Of a stretch of DNA of 64,000 nucleotides, positions 47,871 through 59,731 are shown in pieces. Location: NCBI GenBank assembly GCA_040880145.1, contig JBBDIZ010000029.1, forward strand, positions 15,483-79,482. Reading direction: 5' to 3'. The position numbers and the translations under genes were made by a program. The stretch's first letter is position 1. Each line of letters begins with the position of its first letter. The DNA is from Simkaniaceae bacterium. GTDB taxonomy: Bacteria; Chlamydiota; Chlamydiia; Chlamydiales; JAJFMI01. The notes below the pieces were generated by a model that worked only from the letters and a program-made list of their open reading frames with translations, did not search any database and was not told the origin of the DNA.

Positions 47871-49398
47871 CTATTGTTGAATAAAACTCAAAGTCATTTA
47901 AGTGTAAACAATCATTTTTCTCAAAGGTGAGTACAGCATTCAATTCTTCTGCCGAAGAATGCAAGTGGTCTTTCTCATCGCCGGTTAAATAGTGGTCGAC
48001 AAAGGGATGGGTTACAAGTTTTAAAGCATACTGTTTTTGTGCATGAATAACCTTTTTTAAAGCTCTTTCAATTTCGATTGAGAGGCTCTCGTGCGTTTTA
48101 ATCAATCCGTGTCCTTCGCAGTATGGGCAGCTAGTAAAGAGCATTTGCGCTAAGGATTCTCTCTGCCTTTGGCGGGTCATCTCCACTAAACCAAACTCAC
48201 TCATGCCGAGTATGGTGCATTTTGCAGAGTCGCCTTTCATTGCTTCTTTTAGTCGATCGAGAACGCGTCTTTGATTTTTTCGAGATCGCATATCGATAAA
48301 GTCACAGATGACAAGTCCGCCAACATTTCGAAGGCGTAATTGGCGTGCAATCTCATCAGCGGCTTCCATGTTGATTCGGACTAAATTTTCTTCGATATTG
48401 AGCCCTTTTCCCGAATCTTGTGAAGAGCGCCCTGAGTTGACGTCGATTGTATACATCGCTTCAGTTCGGTCAAAATAGAGATACCCTCCGCTATTTAGCC
48501 AAATTTTTCTTCTCAAAGCCTTTTCGATTTCGCGCTCTACTGCAAAGCGTTCAAACATGGGAGCTTTATCGCGATAAAGTTCAATTTTAAGAGGATGCTC
48601 GGTAGCGTATTTTGAATAGAGGGATTTACAAATCTGATAGGTGTAATAATCATCGACTAAAAGCCGATCAAACTTTTTATCCACAGCCATTAAGACCGCT
48701 TTTTTAATTAAATCCGATTCTTGGAAAAGAAGAGAAGGGCCCTTGGATTTATTGAACTTATTCATAACCTCCTGCCAAGAGGTGTAGAGTTCTCGAGCTT
48801 CATCGATGAGTTGATCGGTTGTCGCAGAAACACATGCCGTTCGACAAATAAGACCTATATCGACAGGCATTTCAAAAGACCGGATCACTTTTTTAAGTCG
48901 ATCGCGAGTTGCACGATCTTGAATTTTACGCGATACCCCTCGATGAGGAGAGTTAGGTAAAAGCACGAGATAGCGCCCAGCGAGAGAGACGTTGGAGGTG
49001 AGTCGAGCGCCCTTGCTTCCAATTGGCTCTTTTACCACCTGAACAAGGACAGGCTGGTCGACATTTAAAATTTTTGTAATATCCGTTTCTTGGGACTGTT
49101 GAGATTTTGTTTTAGAATCCATGCCTTCCATATCGAAATCAAGCTCAAACATCTCCTGAAATTTTTTTGTGTTTTCAATGATGTCTGAGATATGGATAAA
49201 TCCATTGTCTCCTTCATCGATGTCGATAAAAGCGGATTGGATATTGCTCAAGATATTTGTAACGCGTCCACGATAGACATTCCCGGTCAGCTGCCTGCTT
49301 TTTTTGCGCTCTAAAATAAGGTCGAAGAGTTGGCCTTGCTTTAACAGGGCGACACGGGTTTCCTTAGATTCTACATTTAAAAGAATTTCTTTTGTCAT
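47848..49398 (-). CDS. rng: Ribonuclease E/G family
   Basis: GNVYRGRV...QSAFID, LVQVVKEPIGSKGARLT, IDVNSG, RQLRLRNVGG..ICDFIDM, CPYC.G.G. Confidence 0.92.
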   Translation of the reverse strand: MTKEILLNVESKETRVALLKQGQLFDLILERKKSRQLTGNVYRGRVTNILSNIQSAFIDIDEGDNGFIHISDIIENTKKFQEMFELDFDMEGMDSKTKSQQSQETDITKILNVDQPVLVQVVKEPIGSKGARLTSNVSLAGRYLVLLPNSPHRGVSRKIQDRATRDRLKKVIRSFEMPVDIGLICRTACVSATTDQLIDEARELYTSWQEVMNKFNKSKGPSLLFQESDLIKKAVLMAVDKKFDRLLVDDYYTYQICKSLYSKYATEHPLKIELYRDKAPMFERFAVEREIEKALRRKIWLNSGGYLYFDRTEAMYTIDVNSGRSSQDSGKGLNIEENLVRINMEAADEIARQLRLRNVGGLVICDFIDMRSRKNQRRVLDRLKEAMKGDSAKCTILGMSEFGLVEMTRQRQRESLAQMLFTSCPYCEGHGLIKTHESLSIEIERALKKVIHAQKQYALKLVTHPFVDHYLTGDEKDHLHSSAEELNAVLTFEKNDCLHLNDFEFYSTIDGKKLEL

Positions 49399-49451
49399 TG
49401 ATCGAATTAGCCCTTCAATTTTTTTGAACCATCATACGCGAAATGGAGAGA

Positions 49452-50417
49452 TTAAGCTAGTTGGTTTTTGATTTTTTTCAAAAAATCTCCCTCGAGGAGC
49501 TCTAGAGCGAGATGGACCCCATTTTTAAGAGCCTTCGAAGAGGCATTCCCGTGGCATTTAATGATGATTCCACTTTTTATTCCCGAGAGGAGAGCCCCCG
49601 CATACTCGGTCGTATCGAGCTCGTGATCGAGTGATTTGAAGGCCTTTTTGTCGACGGCGGAAAAGGCGTTTAAGCGTGAGCGGACGAGCTCTGCAACGCC
49701 CTCGCTTGCTTTCAAAAAAACATTCCCTGTAAATCCATCGGTCACTAAGACATCAATATTTCCATAGAAGGCCTCTCGAGCTTCAATATTGCCGACAAAG
49801 TAAGAAGGAAGTTTTTCCAAGAGAAGTTCGTGGGCTTTTATGCGCTCTTTTGTTCCCTTAAGTTTTTCAGTTCCAATATTGAGCAGTCCCACACGAGGCG
49901 TTTTGATGCCGCGGCTCTTTTGGAAGGCAATTCCCATTTTTGCAAATGAAAGCAAGAGCCGGCTGCTCGCTGTAAGATTGGCGCCGACATCTAAAACGGC
50001 CATCGCCTTTTTTTTTGTAGGCAAAAGGGTTAAAAGAGCAGGTCGACTGATTTCAGAAAAAGAATCGAGATAGAGTTTTGAAGCGGCGAGAAGCGCTCCG
50101 GTGTTTCCTGTTGTAACAAAAGCATGGATTTGGCCTGATTTGATCGCCTCAATTCCAAGGGGCATCGAGGCTTGCTTTTTTACCCTCACTGCCTTTAAGG
50201 GGTCATCTTCCATTTCAATGACCTCATGACTCTCGATGGTAGAGATTTTGATGGGGTCAGAGGAGGGGGGGAGTTTTTTTAAGTAAGCTAAATCCCCAAA
50301 AACAACAAAGTGCACAGGCGTTTTAAGAGACTCGACAAGACAAGAGACAGCCTTAAGCAACACTTGAGGGGGGTGGTCGCCCCCCATCAAATCGATGCCA
50401 ATACAAGGCCTTTTCAT
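49452..50417 (-). CDS. plsX: Phosphate acyltransferase PlsX
   Basis: IDLMGGD, GNTGA, RPAL, DVGAN, LLNIGTE..KG, VTDGFTGNVFLK, KCHG. Confidence 0.93.
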   Translation of the reverse strand: MKRPCIGIDLMGGDHPPQVLLKAVSCLVESLKTPVHFVVFGDLAYLKKLPPSSDPIKISTIESHEVIEMEDDPLKAVRVKKQASMPLGIEAIKSGQIHAFVTTGNTGALLAASKLYLDSFSEISRPALLTLLPTKKKAMAVLDVGANLTASSRLLLSFAKMGIAFQKSRGIKTPRVGLLNIGTEKLKGTKERIKAHELLLEKLPSYFVGNIEAREAFYGNIDVLVTDGFTGNVFLKASEGVAELVRSRLNAFSAVDKKAFKSLDHELDTTEYAGALLSGIKSGIIIKCHGNASSKALKNGVHLALELLEGDFLKKIKNQLA

Positions 50418-50420
50418 GAT

Positions 50421-50606
50421 TTACTCTGCTTCTTTGGGAGAGAGAATCGAACGTCCTTTATAATTGCCGCAAGAGGAGCAGGCTCTATGGGAGCGGCAAG
50501 GACTGCCACAGGCAGAGCAGCGGCCAACTGAAACAGGGCGCTTTGCATCGTGTGCGCGACGAGAGTTTTTTCTTGCGTTTGAAACACGGTTACGTGGAAC
50601 AGCCAT
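50421..50606 (-). CDS. rpmF: 50S ribosomal protein L32
   Basis: MAVPRNRVS..R...RR, CSAC...H..C..CG.Y. Confidence 0.95.
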   Translation of the reverse strand: MAVPRNRVSNARKNSRRAHDAKRPVSVGRCSACGSPCRSHRACSSCGNYKGRSILSPKEAE

Positions 50607-50680
50607 GATTACCTCAATATGAATATTTTCTGCACCATTCTAGCAAATAGGGAGGGTTTTTTCCAAGGACTATAAGTCCT

Positions 50681-51136
50681 TTAGGGAAAATGTTCCTGAG
50701 CATCTGTCGTGGCGCTTGGTTTAGAGAAATATTTATCGATATTTTTTCGTTCAGGGCATGAGCCCCCGCATTCTGTAAAGGCCGGAATTTCTAGTAAGAT
50801 GGCTTCTCGAAGAGAGGTTCGGAAGTCATAGACAGCGCCTTTAATTTGATCAAAGGGAAGGGTCAAATAAAAATTACCTAACCGAATCGGAAGCGAGACA
50901 TCCGCATTGCATATGGAGCAGGGAAGGTGAGCCATAGACTCAATATTCAGTTGAATGATTAAGTAGTTATCTGTTGTATAGGCAGATCCCTGTACCTGGA
51001 TGGGGTGTAAAAATGTTAAGCCATCCTCGTCAACCTCTAAAAAGGAAGGATCGAGAGTCAATTCAATTGTTTCCGGATGATCTTCTCGAAGTCTATCAAT
51101 GTAAATTTTGAATTTGTCTTTTAATTCTCTTTTCAT
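50681..51136 (-). CDS. yceD: DUF177/YceD-family protein
   Basis: PCSIC, LREAILLEIP...C...C; upstream of rpmF-plsX. Confidence 0.8.
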   Translation of the reverse strand: MKRELKDKFKIYIDRLREDHPETIELTLDPSFLEVDEDGLTFLHPIQVQGSAYTTDNYLIIQLNIESMAHLPCSICNADVSLPIRLGNFYLTLPFDQIKGAVYDFRTSLREAILLEIPAFTECGGSCPERKNIDKYFSKPSATTDAQEHFP

Positions 51137-51248
51137 GAGCAGTAGTTTACACATAAAAGATTTCGAAGACAACTAAAAACTCTTTTACTTCTATAAAACC
51201 TAAAATGATGTTATTATAAATACTAGATAAAATTAAAATCAGGTTTTT

Positions 51249-54200
51249 ATGAATATACGCCCCGCTCATGATTCAGATTTTGTATCAAGACATTTAAAAG
51301 AGGCATCCGAATCCTCTAATTTTTTCTCTGCAACCCTCCATGGGGGGTGTGCTCTTGCAGGTTCAGCCGTTGATATAGGGCGTTATGTGATCCGCTCTCC
51401 TTTTTATGTGTGTGGAAATCTCAATAATGGAGAGTTTGCACAAGCGGGTATCGATCTCAAAGAAGATGTAATCGCAGCTATTCAGAGTCTCTTTTTCACA
51501 CTCATTGGAGTCTTCCTTGTCGCTGCCGGTTTTTTTATTCATGAAAAGATTTATGGAGGAGTCTTTTCTTCGGAAAAGTCCGAGTCGAACCATTCCTGCC
51601 ATGAAATAAAGGATCTAAAAGATGAGCTGGCTGTAACAAAAAAAGATCTAGAAGAAAAGGAAAAAGAGTTCAATGACAGTAAAAGAGAACTCGAATACAA
51701 GGAGAAAGCCGATGAAATCCTGAATAAAATCAATCAGCTAAAAAAAGTTAAATTAAATCTTGAGAAAAAGCTTTTAAAGGCTAATAAAGAAAAGGCTAAG
51801 ATTGAGGGAAAAAGTAAAATGACCGTTGAAAGACGGGGTGAGATTTCTAATCAAATCGATACCATTTTAGCCAAAATTTCTGAGCTTAAGAATTTTTCTC
51901 AATTACAACAATTCGCTTCAGATGACTTTCAATTTTTAAAAGATCAATTTAAGATCAATAACAACAACAACAATATCAATGAAATTCCAGAGTCAAAATT
52001 ACCAATCGAAATAAATAACTATTTAGCTGTTAAAGCGTTTTTAAACCTAGCTCAGGATGCTGTCGAAAAGTTAAAAAGCGTAGAAATTGACGATGCCAAG
52101 AGTGTCATTTTTTTAGGAAAAGATAAAAATGAAACTTTAAACGACTTTGTGGCTAAGGGGAAAGCTCTATTCGAGCAGATTGATGAGAAGTCCCAAAATT
52201 TGATTGAAAATGATGCTATGGAAGAAATAGTCTTTGAGGAGGGAAGTGAATCCACTGATCCTTCTTATCAGGAATTGAAAAATCAAGTTATTTCAGCTCT
52301 TTCTAGACTTAGTGTGATTGAAAAGGGACTGAATTCATTGAATCCTTGTTTTAGTAGCTTTGTTTTGGCAAATAATAATAACCAAGAGGATGAAATAGCG
52401 ACCTTTGGTAAAGATGAAAAAAAACACTCTTTTGATGTTTTACACCTTTTGCTTTCTCAAATTTATTCTTATTTGGATGGGGATAAAGAATCTCAAGAAT
52501 TTGATCTTGTCTATTATATCGAGTCAAAGCCAATCAATATAAAGGGCACTTTAAATGGGGAGAAAAGCCATGATACTAAGGTATTAGAAGACATCCTTTA
52601 TTTTATTGAGATTGAAATAAGAAATTCCTTTTCTCCAGAGTGGAGAACAGGGTCAGAAGAGTGTGCCCGTTTCCACGCTAAAAAAATTAATGAGGTTGTA
52701 AAGCAGTTTGAATCTATCATTAGTGATGTGACTCATGGGCGACCCGATATTGCAATCAAGGGTTCTCAGCCAAAAGCTCTTTCTGAATATTATTTAATCC
52801 TAAGCGCTGTTTATGATTCATCATCCCGACCCGATTTGATTGAATCAGAGCTTACTCAAATCCAAAAGACAGATAAGGAGTCGCTGCCGTCATCTCCGCG
52901 TTTAAGTTTCCCCGGCGCTACGCAATTAACGAGTATCTACACGAAGTGGTTTGTTGACCAAAATCACCCTTCAAAAGTGATGAAATATTTTTACGCTATG
53001 AAGGAGCTTTCACGTCTGATTCAGCCGGATAATCCCTCAAGTTTAATAAAAGAATTTTTAAATTCTGATGACTCATTTATTAAGGCTACAGGAGAGCTTT
53101 TGAGCTTGCTATCGAATATTGGAGGTGAGGATATTGGTGACATTCGAGCTCATTATCAAAAATTTGTAGATTTATTGCTTACCCTTACAGGTTCAAAGGA
53201 ATATCAAGAGGCGCGTTGGGAAAATAATCCTGTAGAGTTAGAGTATAAAGCTGCAAGGATTGTTGAAAAAATCGCGCTTTTTCGTTTGACTCAGATTAAT
53301 CTCAATCAGTTTTGTAAAAATTTAATTCATCATATTTATCCCGATTTTAAAAATCTCGATAAAAAAAATTACCATCGCTCAATTCAGGATCTCATCAATC
53401 ACATGGATCATGGTATGAAAGAGATGGGAAAAGAAAAAGGGGCTCTTTTATTGCAAAAATTTGTAGGCGAAGAAGGCTTAAATAACTTAACGGCTTCTCA
53501 AAATGTGGCGAATCATCTTGCTAAAGAGGTCTGGAAAGACTCGGATGGCCAAGAATTATCATTAGACCTTGTTCGACATGCTGCTGTGACAACGGGTTCT
53601 TCTTGGTGGAGTTATTTTACAAAGAAAGGGATTGAAATTTTTAATACGGCTACTTTTGGTACTTATCAACTCTCTCCAAGGGGGGATCGAACGGTAACCT
53701 CAGATTATCGAGCTGCTCTTAATCATCATTGTATGGTTAAAAATGAGGGAGTTTTATTGGTTTCAATGGGAAAACGCCTTTGCAGTAAAGAACGGGAGTT
53801 TGTTGAAGCAGAGATGAATCTTCAAGATGAGGATAATTACAAGAATAAATACTTTGCTTATGTTCAGACAAAGGAAGGGCCTCTTTTTGAATTTGATGAA
53901 AAAAGCAAAGAGACGTGGGGAAGTTTAGAACATCAGCTTCAAATCGAGTTTTATGAAGATTCTTCAGAAAAAAGAAATTGTGAACTTCCGCATTTTATAA
54001 CCCAAGACGCTGATCAATTTGAGCATTATAAGAAAGAGTTTAAAGAGTTGATTCATTTTGTAGCAACAAAGCTTATGGGTATTGAAGACAAAGAGTCATG
54101 GATCCCAACTCAAGAAAAAAAGCAGGCTTTTGTAGAGCTTTTTTATAACTTGCATCGCTTGCATATGCGCTTTTATTTGATGAAACATGTAACGATTGCA

Positions 54201-55043
54201 AATATGAAAGGTTATCTTTCTAATTACGCAAACGATCCAGACGCAAAGATTGGTGTCATTGAAGACTTAAAAGAAGAGTTAGAAAATGGTGATATCTCAG
54301 TATTAAAAGTAAAACAAGAGATAGAAACTCTGGTAGCTAAAGGTGGTATATCTGACCTTATGTATCAAGATCTAAAAAAACTCCCATTATTGATTACCCA
54401 ACAGGTCAATCCATGTAAAGATAATATGGATCGGGGAGGCGCTGCCAATCTAGTTCAACTCTTAAATATGCAGTACTTTTTGAATAAAACAACATCAGAA
54501 GATTTGCAAAAAGCAACTTATACGGTTATGGCGGTTCCAGCGCTTGTTAAAAAGGTTTCTATCTTAAAAAATCGTATTATTGGCGCGATGGGGGCAAGTG
54601 ACATTCTTATGAATTTGGAAGAAGTTGAATTAGAAGATTATAAGAAATTTTTCTGTGGGTTTGAGCCAAGTGATTTGATTATTGATGAAATTGAGGGGCA
54701 AGAGTTAAACCCTCTTCCTAAAGATGCGGTTTCAATTGATCAATTTAAGGCAATCATTAGGTACATTCAAAGTCACCCAAAATATCATGAGGCTAATCAC
54801 TCTCTCATACATGATTCTATTGAGCTTGCTAAAGAGGCTCTTCTTAAAGAAGTGGAAGAATTTGTGGTCCCGTCTAGCGCATCAAGCCCTCTTATCGGTA
54901 CTACTGTGACTGAAACTAACGATAGCGATAATAATGCGCATGAGCCTATTTACATAATAGCGTCTCAAGGGGATGAAATTGCCAAAATTAAGGGTAAAAT
55001 CACGCCACTTAGTGCAGGTTTTCAAACTTCATGGGAAGTGAGC

Positions 55044-55058
<15 letters not shown>
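51249..55058 (+). CDS. Large hypothetical protein: N-terminal hydrophobic segment, coiled coil, C-terminal CX5R motif (candidate effector phosphatase)
   Basis: 1269-aa ORF; TM-like LFFTLIGVFLVAAGFFI; heptad K/E-rich region; CKDNMDRGG at 54414. Confidence 0.75.
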
Positions 55059-56107
<1,049 letters not shown>

Positions 56108-56129
<22 letters not shown>

Positions 56130-56926
56130 TTTGTCCCAAGATTGAAGGTTTCAAATGAGGTGCCGTGACCCATATACCCGATAGAAGGGGATAAAATTAA
56201 TTCTAAGGGCGCGCTTCGGATGCGGTGAGTGTAGGCTAGATCAGATAAATCTTGTATAAATTGACAAGAGAGGTTGGTATCGACCCTTTTATCGCGGTTA
56301 CCGATGTAGAAGCGAATGTTTTTGTTATAAAGAGCTTCTAAATACTTAAAAAGATCGAGGCTCTCGAGTAGGGGGTTTTCTTGCAGGTCTTGAAATTCCT
56401 CTGCATTTTTTAGAGAAAGCAGAGGGGCAAATCCAAGAATCGTTTGAATGCTGGGGTTGAGCTTGGCGATATGGCACGCTGCAAAAGCGCCTCGGGAGAG
56501 CCCGGCCACAGCAAGCGTGCTTGCAATATTTTTGCAAAGCAGCGTATCGACAAAGTTGGAGGCCTTTTGGAAGAAAGGGGTGAGGGGATCTTCGTTTGAG
56601 GCGATGGATTCAGCCCAGAGCTCGAGTGCTTTTTTTGGGTCTAAATCGGGCCCATGTCCTGGAATTGTGAGGGAAAAGATTCGGATTGAATCTGAGTGAA
56701 GGAGCTGAACCGGCTGGTTAAAGGGGTCGAGAAGCAAACTCTCCTCTTTTGATAGAGAGAGGTAGAGCAAGCCCGGCAGGGGGCCTTTGTCTAAACTCGG
56801 GCCAACAAAAGCGGCTTCAACGTCGTCTTCGAGGTGGAGATTTTTCAGGTCCACGGCGGCGCCTCTTATTTGGGGGTGAAAATGCATCTTTTTTTCGGCT
56901 TGTAAGAGCCTCTTGCCATTTTTCAT
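56108..56926 (-). CDS. Alpha/beta-hydrolase (true start probably downstream, e.g. GTG at 56854)
   Basis: GLSRG nucleophile elbow, D in IGNRD, GH near the C-terminus. Confidence 0.75.
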
Positions 56927-58055
56927 AGATGGGCTGCAGGGCCGGATTCAGGGCGGTTCGGATTCCAAAGAAAATCACAGTATCGGGAAAATCCGGAAAA
57001 TTGGGAATACGGATTGTGCGATAGCGTTTGGGATCGATAGGAGTTATTCGATACTGATTGGCTAAGATATTGGCAACTTGCGTTTTCAGCCTCTTTGGGA
57101 AGCTGAAAAAAGTGTTAAAAACTTCTTGAATCAGTGTCAATGCTTCATCGTGAAGGAGTCCGAGATGAGGATTTTTTTTACGATCGATGAAGTGTGTCAG
57201 AATGTGCTTTTCCATTATCGGAAATAATAGAGCGGAAAGAAGAAGAGGGCGGCTTAAATGAGATCGAGTGTCGACCTCTTCTAAGTAGGAATAAATCTCA
57301 CCCCCTTCGCTCTTTTCTAAAAAACGGCCAAGCTCAGGAAGCAGGGGATCTAAAAGTCCATGATCAGCCATCAATCGAATAAATGATGCGCTCGATTTCG
57401 ACTCTAACATACGAAAAATTTCTTCAAGTATTCGGGCAGAGGAGCTTTTTGTGATTTCATGGCGACAGTCTAAGAGGGCTTGTTTCGCTTCTTCACAGAC
57501 ATCGAGCCCAAAGCGCGCTTGAAATTTCAGTAGGCGGATCATGCGGACGGGGTCTTGCTTAAAGCGCATATAGGGCTGGCCGATTGCGCGTAAAAATCGT
57601 TTTTTTGTATCGGGATAACCCTCTACATAATCGATGATGGACTCAGATTCTGCTTCATAGAAAAGGCCATTGATCGTAAAGTCACGGCGTTTGACATCTT
57701 CTTCCGGAGTCCCAAAGACATTGTCACGAACAATTAGATCTTCGCTTTCCGGGTCGCCTGCTCGGAAGGTTGCGACTTCAATCACTTTTCTTCCAAAACG
57801 AATATGAGCTAAGCGGAATCGGCGTCCGATCAAAATAGAATTGCGGAAAATCGCTTTCACCTCTTCAGGCTTGGCAGAAGTTGAGATATCAAAGTCTTTT
57901 GGTTGATGCCCAAGGAGTAAATCACGGACACTTCCGCCGACGAGGAAGGCTTCATGCCCATTAGCTTTTAAGCGCTCTAAAATGAAAAGAGCATGAGAAT
58001 CGATCTGTTCTTTTTCAATGCCATGTTCTTTTTTGTGATATTTTTTTGGTTTCAT
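56817..58055 (-). CDS. pcnB: Poly(A) polymerase I
   Basis: LVGGSVRDLLLG..PKDFD, IGRRFRLAHI (PAP signature), RRDFTIN, DPVRMIR, basic tail. Confidence 0.92.
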   Translation of the reverse strand: MKPKKYHKKEHGIEKEQIDSHALFILERLKANGHEAFLVGGSVRDLLLGHQPKDFDISTSAKPEEVKAIFRNSILIGRRFRLAHIRFGRKVIEVATFRAGDPESEDLIVRDNVFGTPEEDVKRRDFTINGLFYEAESESIIDYVEGYPDTKKRFLRAIGQPYMRFKQDPVRMIRLLKFQARFGLDVCEEAKQALLDCRHEITKSSSARILEEIFRMLESKSSASFIRLMADHGLLDPLLPELGRFLEKSEGGEIYSYLEEVDTRSHLSRPLLLSALLFPIMEKHILTHFIDRKKNPHLGLLHDEALTLIQEVFNTFFSFPKRLKTQVANILANQYRITPIDPKRYRTIRIPNFPDFPDTVIFFGIRTALNPALQPIYEKWQEALTSRKKDAFSPPNKRRRRGPEKSPPRRRR

Positions 58056-58056
58056 A

Positions 58057-59271
58057 TTATCTTTTAATGAGTAGTTCCTGAATTAGTACAATAATCAGTT
58101 CAGCAACGACAAAAAGAGCTAAAAAAAATAGCAGGGGCTTCCCACCGGGAAGCTGAACATGAAGATGAGAAAAGTGGCGTTTATATCGGCCGACATAGAC
58201 CATGAGAATGGGAATGAGCCCAAGCAATAGGGCGCAGCCAATTCCACCTGCAAAAGCAAGAGCATTCAAGAAAATGGCAGGATTGATCACAACAATAAGA
58301 AGGGGAGGGAGATAGATTAAAGCAGCGAGAAAGAGTTTTTTTAGGGGCGTTTTTTCAATTTCAAGCGAGTCAGAGAAAAAATCCAACAAACCGAGGGTAA
58401 CCCCTAAGAAAGAAGTCGTAAGGGCAAAAAAACCAAAAAACTGTCCTAGAGTATAAATAGGACTTTCCCTTAAAAAATGTTTAAGTGGGTCAATGGCAGT
58501 TTGACCTGCTGCTTTGGCGGCTAAAAGTCCATTGGGGCCATCGAGTGGAAGAATACCGAGAATTAACATTTCCCAAATAACATAAGTGATAAAAGGAATG
58601 CTTGAGCCAATGAGGATGGCTAGGCGCATTTTTTTTACATTTTCTTCTAAATAAGCATTTAAAGAGGGGATCACTCCTTGATAACTAAATGAGGTAAACA
58701 TGACAGGAAGGGATAAAAACCCATAACCCCAATTTTTTTGAGTGAGGTTTGAAAAGTTGATATGGCTTCGGCCCCAAAAGATAAAAAGGAGGTAGCTGAC
58801 TACGAGTCCAAGCATGAGAAGCGTATTTATCCGATCGACAAATCGTGTTCCAAGATAGACAAAAAAACCAAAAAAGAGGGTAAAAGAGGTCGCAGAGAGC
58901 CAAAAAGGGAGTCTTGCATTAAAAGTGTCATGAACAAAATTGCCCCCAACAGCTGTGTAAGCTATGGTTAGCATATAAAAGAGAAAAAGGTAGAGAACCC
59001 AAGTCGAATATTTGCCGAAGCGACCTAAAAGATGGGTTGCCATGGTGACGAGGTTCGCATTTTTGGGCATCCATTGGCAAACTTCTAAAAGAAGAAGACC
59101 TGTAGAGGCGCTAAAAAGCCAGCAAAGAAAGAAAATAAGGCTGGCGGGCAAAAAGCCTCCGGCAGCTGAAACGACAGGAAGTGCAAGCATTCCGGCACCG
59201 ATCGCTGTGCCTGCTACAATGAGGATTCCTCCCAAAGTTTTAGGGAGTCTAAGTTTTTTTAGTTTTTCCAT
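58057..59271 (-). CDS. tyrP: Aromatic amino acid permease (TyrP/Mtr family)
   Basis: VAGTAIGAGMLALP, TSFSYQ..IPS, TSFLGV.LGL.D. Confidence 0.88.
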   Translation of the reverse strand: MEKLKKLRLPKTLGGILIVAGTAIGAGMLALPVVSAAGGFLPASLIFFLCWLFSASTGLLLLEVCQWMPKNANLVTMATHLLGRFGKYSTWVLYLFLFYMLTIAYTAVGGNFVHDTFNARLPFWLSATSFTLFFGFFVYLGTRFVDRINTLLMLGLVVSYLLFIFWGRSHINFSNLTQKNWGYGFLSLPVMFTSFSYQGVIPSLNAYLEENVKKMRLAILIGSSIPFITYVIWEMLILGILPLDGPNGLLAAKAAGQTAIDPLKHFLRESPIYTLGQFFGFFALTTSFLGVTLGLLDFFSDSLEIEKTPLKKLFLAALIYLPPLLIVVINPAIFLNALAFAGGIGCALLLGLIPILMVYVGRYKRHFSHLHVQLPGGKPLLFFLALFVVAELIIVLIQELLIKR

Positions 59272-59729
59272 GTATTTATTCTATCAAAATGGGGAGCATT
59301 TTTCTCTAAAAAAAGTCGCGCCCAATAATATTGATCGAGAAGTCCTTTAGTATCATAACCTAAAATTTGATAGGCAATGTAGAGAGCTTCAACAGAAGCA
59401 AGTCCCGATTCCGGCTCTTCGCAATCAGGTTGTTTTCGAGGATAGGCCGTTTTAAAGAAGGAGGGAAGGCGTCTTTTAATAAGAGAAGGCGCTTGCCCTT
59501 CCATCTTTTTAGCATACTTCCACGTCCCATCGATTAAAAAGAGCCCGAGGTGTCGATCATCAATGCTTAATTCTTCTCCGTCGATTGCAAGCTGGCAATA
59601 CCCGTTTAAGTCAGGAAGGGGGTCTTTTGGGTAGGTAAAAAAACGCATATCCTCTCTACTTTCTAATCCTCTTAGAGAGCATTTTTTTAAATTTTCCCTG
59701 CGGTGGCGTTGGATAAGGGTCAGTTTCAT
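59259..59729 (-). CDS. DTW/Tsr3-like (TDD superfamily) aminocarboxypropyltransferase-like protein
   Basis: KKCS, LIDGTWKYA, RRLP, LASVEAL, LLDQYYW..FLEKN. Confidence 0.7.
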   Translation of the reverse strand: MKLTLIQRHRRENLKKCSLRGLESREDMRFFTYPKDPLPDLNGYCQLAIDGEELSIDDRHLGLFLIDGTWKYAKKMEGQAPSLIKRRLPSFFKTAYPRKQPDCEEPESGLASVEALYIAYQILGYDTKGLLDQYYWARLFLEKNAPHFDRINTWKN

Positions 59730-59731
59730 GG

